This document shows positions 8,915-17,447 of a stretch of 64,000 nt of DNA, piece after piece (positions within the stretch are counted from its first letter, which is position 1; each line of letters opens with the position of its first letter). The notes under the pieces are model-generated. The model had not been told where the DNA came from and ran no database searches. It saw only the letters and a list, made by a program, of their open reading frames with translations. Source of the stretch: Candidatus Latescibacterota bacterium (GTDB lineage Bacteria; Latescibacterota; UBA2968; UBA8231); contig OZ252098.1 in NCBI GenBank assembly GCA_965248355.1, forward strand, positions 770,543 to 834,542, given 5' to 3'. Made by a program: the position numbers and the translations under genes.

Positions 8915-9898
8915 CTACTCCTCGGCCAGGCCTCGTACGGCGTCGGCCACGTGGCCGGCGGTCGGCGCTACCGCCGCCTCCAGGGGGGCGCTGTAAGGCG
9001 TGGGCGCGTGGGCGCCGTTGAGGCGGCGCACCGGGGCGCCCAGGTCGTCGAAGCCGTGCTCCATCACCTGGGCGGCGATCTCGGCGCCGACGCCGCAGGG
9101 GCCGAAGGACTCGTCGGCCACCAGCAGCTTCCCGGTCTTGCGCAGCGAGGCCAGGATCGTCTCCAGATCCAAGGGGGCGAGGGTGCGCGGGTCGATGACC
9201 TCCACCGAGATCCCCTCGGCGGCGAGGGTGTCGCCGGCCTGCAGGCTCCGGGGCACCATGGGGCCGATGGCGACGACGGTGATGTCCGTGCCCTCGCGGC
9301 AGATGCGGGCGCTCCCAAAGGGCACCTCGAAGTCGTCCTCCGGGACCTCGCCGCGCAGGCCGAGCAGCGACTTGTGCTCCAGGTAGATCACGGGGTCGTC
9401 GCCGCGCAGCGCGGCGGCCATCAGTCCCTTGGCGTCGTAGGGCGAGGCCGGCACGGCCACGCGCAGGCCGGGGACGTTGACGAACAGCGGGTAGTAGCTG
9501 CCCGAGTGGTGGGTGGCGTGGCCGCCGCCGATGCCGACGCAGCCGCGCAGGAGCACGGGCATCCTCAGGCGGCCGCCGGACATGTACTGGATCTTGGCGA
9601 TCTGGTTGGTCAGCTCGCCGGCGGCGTCGAGGAGGAAGTCGACGAACATGAAGTCGACCACGGGGCGCGTGCCGGTCATGGCGGCGCCGGCGCACAGCCC
9701 GACGAAACCGCGCTCGCAGATCGGCGTGTCCCGCAGGCGCCGGGGGCCGAAGCGGTCGTAGAGGCCGGTGGTGGTGTTGAAGTTGCCGCCGCGCTGGCCG
9801 ATGCCCTCGCCGAGGACGAAGATCGCCGGGTCCCGCTCCATGGCCGCGGCCAGGGCCTCGCGGGCGGCCTCGGTGTAGGTGATCTCGCGGCCGGCCAT
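8915..9898 (-). CDS. 2-oxoacid dehydrogenase E1 component beta subunit (transketolase-like)
   Basis: 327 aa, typical E1 beta N- and C-terminal domains. Confidence 0.9.
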   Translation of the reverse strand: MAGREITYTEAAREALAAAMERDPAIFVLGEGIGQRGGNFNTTTGLYDRFGPRRLRDTPICERGFVGLCAGAAMTGTRPVVDFMFVDFLLDAAGELTNQIAKIQYMSGGRLRMPVLLRGCVGIGGGHATHHSGSYYPLFVNVPGLRVAVPASPYDAKGLMAAALRGDDPVIYLEHKSLLGLRGEVPEDDFEVPFGSARICREGTDITVVAIGPMVPRSLQAGDTLAAEGISVEVIDPRTLAPLDLETILASLRKTGKLLVADESFGPCGVGAEIAAQVMEHGFDDLGAPVRRLNGAHAPTPYSAPLEAAVAPTAGHVADAVRGLAEE

Positions 9899-10875
9899 CA
9901 GCGGCTCCCTCCGTACACGTGGTCGCCGACCGTCGCCGGGTCCGGCCAGGGGCTGGCCTCGGCGAAGGCGGCGGCCTCCTCGATCTCGGCGGCGATCTCG
10001 GCGGCGATCGCCTCCAGGTCGGCGGCCGCGGCCGGGGACTCCTCCACGAGGGCCTGCGCCAGGGAGGGGATGGGGTCCCGCTGCCTCCAGCGGTCGATCT
10101 CCTCCCGGGAACGGTAGCCGCCGTCGCCCATGCCCTCGGCGTGGGGCCGCGTGCGGTAGGTGCGGCACTCCATCAGGGAGGGGCCGCCCCCGGCCCGGGC
10201 CCGCTCCACGGCCGCCCCCGCCGCCGCGTACACGGCGAGGGCGTCGTTGCCGTCCACGCACTCGGACCGCAGTCCGTACCCCGCGGCGCGGCCGGCCACG
10301 TCGGTGTTGCGCGCCGCGTAGTCGAAGGGCACCTCGGTGGCGTACATATTGTTCTCGCAGACGAAGAGCACGGGCAGGTCCCAGATAGCGGCCAGGTTCA
10401 GCCCCTCGTGGAAGGCGCCGTTGCCCACGGCGCCGTCGCCGAAGAAGGCCACGCCCACCTGGTCGGTCTCCAGCAGCTGGAAGGAGTAGCCGGCGCCGGC
10501 GGCCTGCAGGATGCAGGGTCCGACGATGCCGCTGGTGCCCATCATCCCCAGTTCGGGAGCGAAGAGGTGCATGCTGCCGCCGCGGCCCCCGGAGCAGCCG
10601 GTGGCGCGCCCGAAGAGCTCGGCCATCAGCGCCCGGGGCGGCACGCCCTTGGCCAGGGCGTGGCCGTGGCCGCGGTGGGTGCTGAAGACGGCGTCGCCGT
10701 CGCGCAGGTGGGCGCAGACCCCGGCGGCCACCGCCTCCTGGCCCACGTAGGTGTGGCAGGCGCCGGTGATCTTGCCGGCGGCGTACGACCGCGCCAGCTG
10801 CTCCTCGCAGCGACGGATCCGCAGCATCGTGCGGTACAGCTCCAGTTGGGTGGAAGCCGGAGGGGTCATGCTCAT
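9898..10875 (-). CDS. TPP-dependent 2-oxoacid dehydrogenase E1 component alpha subunit
   Basis: TPP-binding GDGAVGNGAFHEGLN region; 325 aa; its stop overlaps the E1 beta ATG. Confidence 0.9.
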   Translation of the reverse strand: MSMTPPASTQLELYRTMLRIRRCEEQLARSYAAGKITGACHTYVGQEAVAAGVCAHLRDGDAVFSTHRGHGHALAKGVPPRALMAELFGRATGCSGGRGGSMHLFAPELGMMGTSGIVGPCILQAAGAGYSFQLLETDQVGVAFFGDGAVGNGAFHEGLNLAAIWDLPVLFVCENNMYATEVPFDYAARNTDVAGRAAGYGLRSECVDGNDALAVYAAAGAAVERARAGGGPSLMECRTYRTRPHAEGMGDGGYRSREEIDRWRQRDPIPSLAQALVEESPAAAADLEAIAAEIAAEIEEAAAFAEASPWPDPATVGDHVYGGSR

Positions 10876-11687
10876 CCCGTGATCCCCGGCCCGCCCGGGT
10901 AGGAGGCGCCGGCGTTCATGGCGAGGTTGCCGCCGTCCACGGGCAGCAGGACGCCGGTGACCCAGCGCGCCGCGTCCGAGGCCAGGAAGACGGCCGCCCC
11001 CTTCACGTCGTCGGGCTCGCCCAGGCGGCCCCGGGCGAGGCCCCGCAGCCACTGCTCCTCCATGCGCGGGTCCCGCTCGATGCGCTCGCGCAGGTTGGGG
11101 TTCAGGATCTGGGCCAGGAGGATGGCGTTGACGCGCACCCCGCGGCTGGCCCACTCCGTGCTCAGCTCGCGGGTCATCTGGGCGACGCCGCCCATGGCGG
11201 TGCTGTAGGCCGTGTGGCCCCGCCCCATGGCCGTCAGGCTGGCCAGGGAGCCGATGTTGATGATGCTGCCCCGGCCGGCGGCGAGCATGCGGCGGCCGCC
11301 CTCCTGGCAGCAGCAGAACCGCCCCACCACCAGCCCCTCCAGCGAGTGCCGCACGTCGTCGAGGACCAGGTCCTCCGGCGGCCCGAGGACGATCTCGCCG
11401 CCGGCGACGTTGACGAGCACGTCGATGCGGCCGAACTCGCGGTCCAGGCGCTCGAACATGGGCCGGATCTGCTCCGGGTCGGAGACGTCGCAGCGCACCG
11501 GCACGGCGCGCCGGCCCAAGGCCCCGACGTCGGCGGCGGTGGCCTGGGCACCGGCCTCGTCGAGGTCGGCCAGCATCAGGTCGGCTCCGGCCTCGGCCAG
11601 GGCCAGGCTGATGGCGCGGCCGACGCCCCGGGCGGCGCCCGAGACCAGGGCGGCGCGACCGCTCAGATCGAACAGGGAGTGGGTCAT
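10872..11687 (-). CDS. SDR-family oxidoreductase
   Basis: GxxxGxG-like NAD(P)-binding site (VSGAARGVG) and YxxxK-type active-site region. Confidence 0.85.
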   Translation of the reverse strand: MTHSLFDLSGRAALVSGAARGVGRAISLALAEAGADLMLADLDEAGAQATAADVGALGRRAVPVRCDVSDPEQIRPMFERLDREFGRIDVLVNVAGGEIVLGPPEDLVLDDVRHSLEGLVVGRFCCCQEGGRRMLAAGRGSIINIGSLASLTAMGRGHTAYSTAMGGVAQMTRELSTEWASRGVRVNAILLAQILNPNLRERIERDPRMEEQWLRGLARGRLGEPDDVKGAAVFLASDAARWVTGVLLPVDGGNLAMNAGASYPGGPGITG

Positions 11688-12694
11688 TCATCCTCCAGCA
11701 AGGCGGGGTCGTGGGGTTTCAGCGGCACCCGCGGCACGACCTCTGGGTTGACGACATGATCGGGGCGGGGCATGTGGCCGCGGAGCACGCAGGCCAGGTT
11801 CTCGACGCTGCCGGCGGCCACGTCCCGCGTCGAGTCCACGGACAGGGCCGAGACGTGGGGTGTGGCGATGACGTTGGCGGCGGTCACCAGCGGGTGGGTC
11901 GGGACCTCCTCGGTCTCGCCGAAGATCTCGATGATGCCGAACGTGTCGAGGCCGGCGCCGCCGAGCCGCCCGGCGCGCAGCAGCTCGGCCAGGGCGTCCT
12001 CGTCGACGATGTCGCCGCGCGAGGCGTTGATCAGGAAGGCGCCGGGCTTCATGCGCTCAAGGCGTTCGCGGTCGAGGAGTCGGCGGGTCTGCCCGGTCAG
12101 GGGCAGGTGCAGGGAGACGAAGTCCGAGCGCTGCAGCAGCTCGTCGAGATCGACCATGTCGACGCCCAGCTCCTCGGCCTCGGGCGAGGGCCGGTCCATG
12201 TCGCGGCGGGTGGCGATCACCGTGAGGCCGCAGGGCCGGGCGCGGCGGGTGACGGCGATGGCCGAGGCGCCCCAGCCGACGAGGCCCAGGGTCAGGTTCG
12301 ACAGGCGGCGCAGGGCCAGGGACTCGGCCCGGGCCTGGCGATAGGCGCCGGCGAGCATGTGCCGGGCCATGCGCGGGATCTGCCGGCCGAGAGAGAGGAT
12401 CATGGCCATCACGTGGTCGGCCATCTCCTCGGTGCTGAAGTCGGGCACGTTGGAGACGACGATGCCGCGCTCGGTGGCGCGGGCCACGTCGATGCGGTCG
12501 GTGCCGTTGCCGATGCGGGAGATGAGCACGCAGCGCTCCAGGCCGTCGACCACGGCGGCGGGCAGCTTGGCCGAGACCACGCAGACCGCGTGGGCGGTGC
12601 GGACGTGGGGCAGGATCCGCTCCGGCTCGGCGGCCTCCACCTCCACCGGGCGCACGCCGTGGCGCTGCAGCAGCCCGCGTTCGGTCTCGGACAT
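11684..12694 (-). CDS. D-isomer-specific 2-hydroxyacid dehydrogenase
   Basis: NAD-binding GxGxxG (GLVGWGASAIAV), catalytic-domain motifs, 336 aa. Confidence 0.85.
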   Translation of the reverse strand: MSETERGLLQRHGVRPVEVEAAEPERILPHVRTAHAVCVVSAKLPAAVVDGLERCVLISRIGNGTDRIDVARATERGIVVSNVPDFSTEEMADHVMAMILSLGRQIPRMARHMLAGAYRQARAESLALRRLSNLTLGLVGWGASAIAVTRRARPCGLTVIATRRDMDRPSPEAEELGVDMVDLDELLQRSDFVSLHLPLTGQTRRLLDRERLERMKPGAFLINASRGDIVDEDALAELLRAGRLGGAGLDTFGIIEIFGETEEVPTHPLVTAANVIATPHVSALSVDSTRDVAAGSVENLACVLRGHMPRPDHVVNPEVVPRVPLKPHDPALLEDE

Positions 12695-12906
12695 GGGGAA
12701 CAGCTCGGCGTTGAGGCGGACCACCCGGGCCTCGGCAGGTGATGGAACCAATGGCGAATCGTCCTCCGGGGGAGTCGCGCCCGCCGTCCGGCGGCTGGCG
12801 GAAAGGGACGCTGAGCGTACAAGGTAGTGCGCCCGCCGGGCGGCGGCGGCGGGCGACAAAGTAGTGCTCCGGCCAGGCGCCGAGAACGCACCGGCCGGTC
12901 CCGGCC

Positions 12907-14118
12907 TCAGGCCCACCCGGCGATGAAGCCGTCCACGGTGAGGGACTCGGGGACCTCGTCAAAGAAGTAGCGCGTCGCCTGCCCCTGGAAGCCGGGAACG
13001 ATCTGCTCCTCCTCGGCCTGCATGCAGAGGTCGACGGGCTCGAAGCGCGACCACAGGGCCTGCGCCTCGGCCTCCGAGAACCGGTCGCCCAGCCGCCGGC
13101 CCCACTGCAAGGTCATGGGGTGGATCATGGTGGCGAACTTGCGTTCCGCCTCGGGCAGGCTCTCGAAGTCGGGTCGCTTCAGGTTGCGGATGTCCCGGGC
13201 CGACTTGCTCAGGAAGATGGTGCTCTGGCGCTTGGCCATGGGACCCGAGCCGGGGTGCAGCTCCTCCAGGGCGCGGTGGTAGCCCGGGCCGTCGCCTTCG
13301 AGGGCAGCGCGCAGGGCGGACTCCACATGGTCGAGGGAGAGGTCGCTGCGCCGCCGCCAGCGCTCGAAGGTGGCCTGCGCCGTGGGCGAGAGATGTTCGA
13401 GGTAGTGCGTATCCGGGTAGTGGATGAAGGTGGAGAAGCCGCCGTGGAGGACGCGCCGCAGGCGGGTGCTGTAGTTGCTGGCCCAGTGCAGGATGGGCAG
13501 GATGTAGGCGACCCCGTCGCCGGCGGCCAGGTGGGTCTGCACGCCGCTGTCGAGAGGGGCGCGGTCGTTCCGGCGCAGCTGCTCCACCTCCTCCGGCGTG
13601 TTCGGGCGCAGGTGGCTGCCGGGCACCACCCAGAGGACATCGTCGTCGTAGAGGGTGAGGTTCCACTGCACGTAGCGGGGGCCGTTCTCGCGGATGTCCT
13701 CGGCATAGCCCATGACCGAGGAGCTGTGGCCCGGGGAGAAGTCCCGGTGCCAGCGCGCCGGCCCGTGATCGCGCACCGGGCTGCACATGAGCATCATCTC
13801 CGTCACCGCGGCGTCCTCGACCCCGAGGAGCCGGCTGCTGGCGCCCTGCACGCTCTCGTGGAGCCAGATCTCGATGGCGCCGGCGGTGGAGGCATCGAGA
13901 TCGCCTGCGAGGCTGGTGAGGATGAGGCGCGGCTGGGCGCCGGTCTCCCAGTGGCCGCCCGGCGGGTCCCCGGGCGCGCGGTCCCGGGCCCAGATGGCGC
14001 GCTGGCGGTCGACGAGGATCTCGTAGACGCGGCGCAGCTCCTCGAGCTGGCCGGGAGGCACGACCTGGCGCACGATGACGTAGCCCTCCTCCAGAAAGCG
14101 CTGGCGGTCCACCTCCAT
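12907..14118 (-). CDS. PhyH-family Fe(II)/2-oxoglutarate dioxygenase (long form, 403 aa)
   Basis: WHRD ... H pattern with a C-terminal extension; first gene of the minus-strand operon. Confidence 0.75.
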   Translation of the reverse strand: MEVDRQRFLEEGYVIVRQVVPPGQLEELRRVYEILVDRQRAIWARDRAPGDPPGGHWETGAQPRLILTSLAGDLDASTAGAIEIWLHESVQGASSRLLGVEDAAVTEMMLMCSPVRDHGPARWHRDFSPGHSSSVMGYAEDIRENGPRYVQWNLTLYDDDVLWVVPGSHLRPNTPEEVEQLRRNDRAPLDSGVQTHLAAGDGVAYILPILHWASNYSTRLRRVLHGGFSTFIHYPDTHYLEHLSPTAQATFERWRRRSDLSLDHVESALRAALEGDGPGYHRALEELHPGSGPMAKRQSTIFLSKSARDIRNLKRPDFESLPEAERKFATMIHPMTLQWGRRLGDRFSEAEAQALWSRFEPVDLCMQAEEEQIVPGFQGQATRYFFDEVPESLTVDGFIAGWA

Positions 14119-14140
14119 GATCTCGAATCCCTCCGTCCGC

Positions 14141-14168
14141 GGTGCCGTGCAATCGTCCTTGCGGCACC
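14141..14168. promoter_or_regulatory. imperfect palindrome GGTGCCGTGCAA-n6-TTGCGGCACC in a divergent intergenic region
   Basis: Read directly; lies between the divergently arranged operon start (14118) and the RidA gene (14223). Confidence 0.35.
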
Positions 14169-14222
14169 ATAGGTTGTCGAGCGGCCCGAGGTCAACCTGC
14201 CGGGAGAGCAACCGTGACCGAG

Positions 14223-14582
14223 ATGCCCATCGCCAAGGAGCCCTTCTACAGCACCACCCGCCGCGCCGGGGACACACTCTACCTGTCCGGCTTCGGTCCC
14301 GTGGACCCAGGGATGAACGTCGTCGGCAAGGACATCACCGAGCAGACGCGGTATACGATGCAGCTCATGGTGCAGGCTCTCGAGAAGGAGGGGGCGACTA
14401 CCGCGGACCTGGTAAGGGTGAACGTGTTTCTGCTGGACATGGCCGATCGCGACGGCTTCAACCAGGCCTACATGGAATTCTTCGACGGGCCGCCCATGCC
14501 GACGCGGCGACTGATCGGCGCCGGAGACCTGTTCAAGGGTATCCTGGTCGAGATCGACGGCATCGCCTGGCTGGGGGACTGA
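14223..14582 (+). CDS. RidA/YjgF family protein
   Basis: 119 aa showing the RidA-family fold pattern. Confidence 0.8.
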   Translation: MPIAKEPFYSTTRRAGDTLYLSGFGPVDPGMNVVGKDITEQTRYTMQLMVQALEKEGATTADLVRVNVFLLDMADRDGFNQAYMEFFDGPPMPTRRLIGAGDLFKGILVEIDGIAWLGD

Positions 14583-14585
14583 CAG

Positions 14586-15527
14586 ATGACCACCACAGTC
14601 GGTGCGGGCGACAGCCGCTACGAGGAGCGCCACGACTGGCCGCGGCTGCCGGAGGGCTGGAGCTTCCGCGAGGTCGTGGACGTGGCCGTGGACGGCCAGG
14701 ACCGCGTCTGCGTCTTCAACCGCGGCCAGCAGCCGGTCATGGTCTTCGAGGCCGACGGCACCCTCGCCGGGGCCTGGGGAGAGGGGATGTTCACCCGCCC
14801 CCACGGCCTCACCGCCGGCCCCGACGGCGCCCTCTGGGCCGCCGATGACGACGGCCACTGCGTGCGCCGCTTCACCTGGGACGGCGAGCTGCAACTGACC
14901 ATCGGCATCCCCGGCCAGGGGGCGGAACCCCACAGCGGCGAGCCCTTCAACCGCCCCACCAAGGTGGCCGTGGCCCCCCGCTCCGGCGAGATCTACATCG
15001 CCGACGGCTACGGCAACGCCAGGGTCCACAAGTACTCCCCGGAGGGCGAGCACTTGCTCTCCTGGGGCGAGTTCGGCACCGGCCCAGGGCAGTTCAACCT
15101 GGTCCACAGCGTCTGCACCGACGACGCCGGCCGCGTCTTCGTGGCCGACCGCGAGAACCACCGCGTCCAGATCTTCGACGACCAGGGCGCCTACCTCGAC
15201 CAGTGGAACGACATGCACCGGCCCTGCGGCCTCCTGGTCTCCGGCGACCGGGTCTACATCGGACAGTTGCCCAGCCACCTCGACGTCAACGCCGCCTACC
15301 CCAACATCGGTGCCTGCGTCACCATCCACGACCTCGAAGGCAACCAGCTCGCCCGCCTCGGCGGCGCCCACCCCGGCGAGGGGCCGGGGGAGTACACGGC
15401 GCCCCACGGTTTGGCCGTCGACTCGCGGGGAGACCTGTACGTGGGCGAGGTCTCCTGGAGCGCCTGGGGCCGGCGCCTGGATCCGCCGCGGCTGGTGCGC
15501 TGCTTCCGCAAGCTGGTCCGGGTGTGA
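14586..15527 (+). CDS. NHL-repeat beta-propeller protein
   Basis: Repeated ADxxNHRVQxFD-like blades (ADRENHRVQIFD). Confidence 0.8.
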   Translation: MTTTVGAGDSRYEERHDWPRLPEGWSFREVVDVAVDGQDRVCVFNRGQQPVMVFEADGTLAGAWGEGMFTRPHGLTAGPDGALWAADDDGHCVRRFTWDGELQLTIGIPGQGAEPHSGEPFNRPTKVAVAPRSGEIYIADGYGNARVHKYSPEGEHLLSWGEFGTGPGQFNLVHSVCTDDAGRVFVADRENHRVQIFDDQGAYLDQWNDMHRPCGLLVSGDRVYIGQLPSHLDVNAAYPNIGACVTIHDLEGNQLARLGGAHPGEGPGEYTAPHGLAVDSRGDLYVGEVSWSAWGRRLDPPRLVRCFRKLVRV

Positions 15528-15594
15528 AGGGGAGCGCAGGAATGGGCCGGAGACGGACGGCCAGCCGTGATCGAGAGATCAGCTACACTCATGG

Positions 15595-16002
15595 TTGGCG
15601 ACCATGAACTGGCCTACTTGGTGGGGGTGGGAGTTGGAGTTGTCATCCCATCTGGAAAAACGTATGCTCCAGCGTGGTTTTGGCGAGATTGACTTGCGCA
15701 CCATGTTGGAACAAGCCATCGCGTATCGTCCTATGCGAGAGCACTATTTGGAGATCACCTATCGCAAGGGGAAGCCCTTGGCCGCATATCTGTACTTGTC
15801 GGCTGCTTCGGGTGTGAAGAGTGTACGAACTGAGTCGAAAGATGCAGGTTTGATGGTGGACTTTGGCCCTGGTGATCAACCCATTGGCTTGGAAATCACG
15901 GCACCGGAACAGATGACCGCGGCCCAGATCAACGCCGTTTTGCGCAGCCTTGATCTTTCTCCATTGAAGGAGGAGGACTTGTCGCCACTCGAGGCCGTGT
16001 GA
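15595..16002 (+). CDS. DUF4258-like / DUF2283-like toxin-antitoxin-associated fusion ORF (possibly degenerate)
   Basis: C-terminal half carries a DUF2283-like motif (LYL...VDF...GIEI); N-terminal half is short and DUF4258-like; local GC near 50%. Confidence 0.45.
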   Translation: MATMNWPTWWGWELELSSHLEKRMLQRGFGEIDLRTMLEQAIAYRPMREHYLEITYRKGKPLAAYLYLSAASGVKSVRTESKDAGLMVDFGPGDQPIGLEITAPEQMTAAQINAVLRSLDLSPLKEEDLSPLEAV

Positions 16003-16040
16003 CTTTGGCAACGCGCGTGCAGCATCCAAGGAGTTTGCAA
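15878..16040. repeat. copy 1 of a 165-bp repeat (3' end of the DUF2283-like gene plus the downstream junction)
   Basis: About 85-90% identical to 21893-22057. Confidence 0.7.
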
Positions 16041-17377
16041 TGCGGTGGAACGCTCGATGGATGGTGTTGGTCATGATATCCGTGATGACTTTCCAACTCG
16101 GCTCCGCGCACGGGCAAGCAGCGGAGCTGAGTCGTGGCAAGCGCTGGGTGCGCAGCCACCCATTTACCACGATGGCGCTGACGATCACACCGAACACGTT
16201 CAACGCCGATCATTACGCCCAGGCCAACCTGACGAACGTGATGGCGTGGAAGACCAAGTCCAGGCTGTTGGAAAGGGTGGCGGCCAAGGGGCTGAACTGG
16301 CACTTGCACGTGCGCCCGCATCAGGACGGTCTGACCGACGAGCTCAAGGCCACGCTGCAACGGCTCCATGCCGACTACTCGGGGCAGACGGGGTGGCTGG
16401 TCTGGGACGAGCCCAACCGGTCGCAGATGTTCATCGCCGCCAGGACGATCAAATGGCTCAAGGAGACGCATCCCGATGCACTGGTGTATTCCTGCGCCTT
16501 TCCGATGGGCGCGACGGCTGAAAGGTACTACGGAGGGCCGGTGCCCGAGGGTGGCTACAGCTACGAAGAGTATCTGCGCGACTTCGCCACGATCATGGAC
16601 CCGGACGTGGTGCTGTTCAACGCTTATCCCTTTCGAGAGGACGGAGGGACGAAGAACCTCTTTCCCACGTTGATGACCGCACGCAAAGTCGGCCAGGAAA
16701 GAGACGCGCCGTACTGGGCCTTCGTGCAGTCATACGCCGACGAGAGGCGCGGCTATCGCATGCCCAGTGAATCGGACGTGCGCATGCAGGTGTTCATGCA
16801 CCTGACCAGCGGGTACACGGGGATCGCGTATTTCACCTACGAGGACCAACAGGGTCCGGCCATGATCGAGGCTCACACCGGCCGGCGGCGGGCGATCTAC
16901 TACCACGTGGCCAGGCTGAACATCGAAGTGGCCAACCTCGGCGAGACGCTGCGCTTCTTGGAGAGCACGGCAGTGCGCTACGTTCCGCAAGGCGGCAATA
17001 ATGTCCCCGGCGGGGTTACCGCCTGGAAGCCGGGCGATGCGGGTGACATGATCATCAAGGCGATCGCCATCGAAGGCGACGAAACCGCCGCGTGGAGAGA
17101 CCTGCTGATCGGGTTCTTCAAAGACGACGATGGCCGGGACTATTTCATGCTGACAAACCTGTGGCACGGCATGGGCGCGTCGTCGGCCGAGCGGGCTGTG
17201 ACGGTGACGTTGACGCTGGACCCGAAGGTTAGAGTGATCGGCCGGCTGTCACGCGAAACGGGGCAGCCTGAAGCGTTTGCCGTCGAAGGGGGCAAGTTTC
17301 TCATCACCTTGCCCGGCGGCACGGGTGAGCTGCTGCGCTTCGGCGACGCCAAGTTCCCCGGGCTGGATCAGACTTGA
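16040..17377 (+). CDS. secreted hypothetical protein, possible TIM-barrel glycoside-hydrolase-like fold
   Basis: Signal peptide present; WDEPN motif resembles the clan GH-A acid/base region. Function is a guess. Confidence 0.5.
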   Translation: MRWNARWMVLVMISVMTFQLGSAHGQAAELSRGKRWVRSHPFTTMALTITPNTFNADHYAQANLTNVMAWKTKSRLLERVAAKGLNWHLHVRPHQDGLTDELKATLQRLHADYSGQTGWLVWDEPNRSQMFIAARTIKWLKETHPDALVYSCAFPMGATAERYYGGPVPEGGYSYEEYLRDFATIMDPDVVLFNAYPFREDGGTKNLFPTLMTARKVGQERDAPYWAFVQSYADERRGYRMPSESDVRMQVFMHLTSGYTGIAYFTYEDQQGPAMIEAHTGRRRAIYYHVARLNIEVANLGETLRFLESTAVRYVPQGGNNVPGGVTAWKPGDAGDMIIKAIAIEGDETAAWRDLLIGFFKDDDGRDYFMLTNLWHGMGASSAERAVTVTLTLDPKVRVIGRLSRETGQPEAFAVEGGKFLITLPGGTGELLRFGDAKFPGLDQT

Positions 17378-17447
17378 CGTCAACCCCGCTGACTCTCATG
17401 CCTTCCGCTCATCGATATTCACCGATCTCCTTCCGAGGGAGCTTCCT

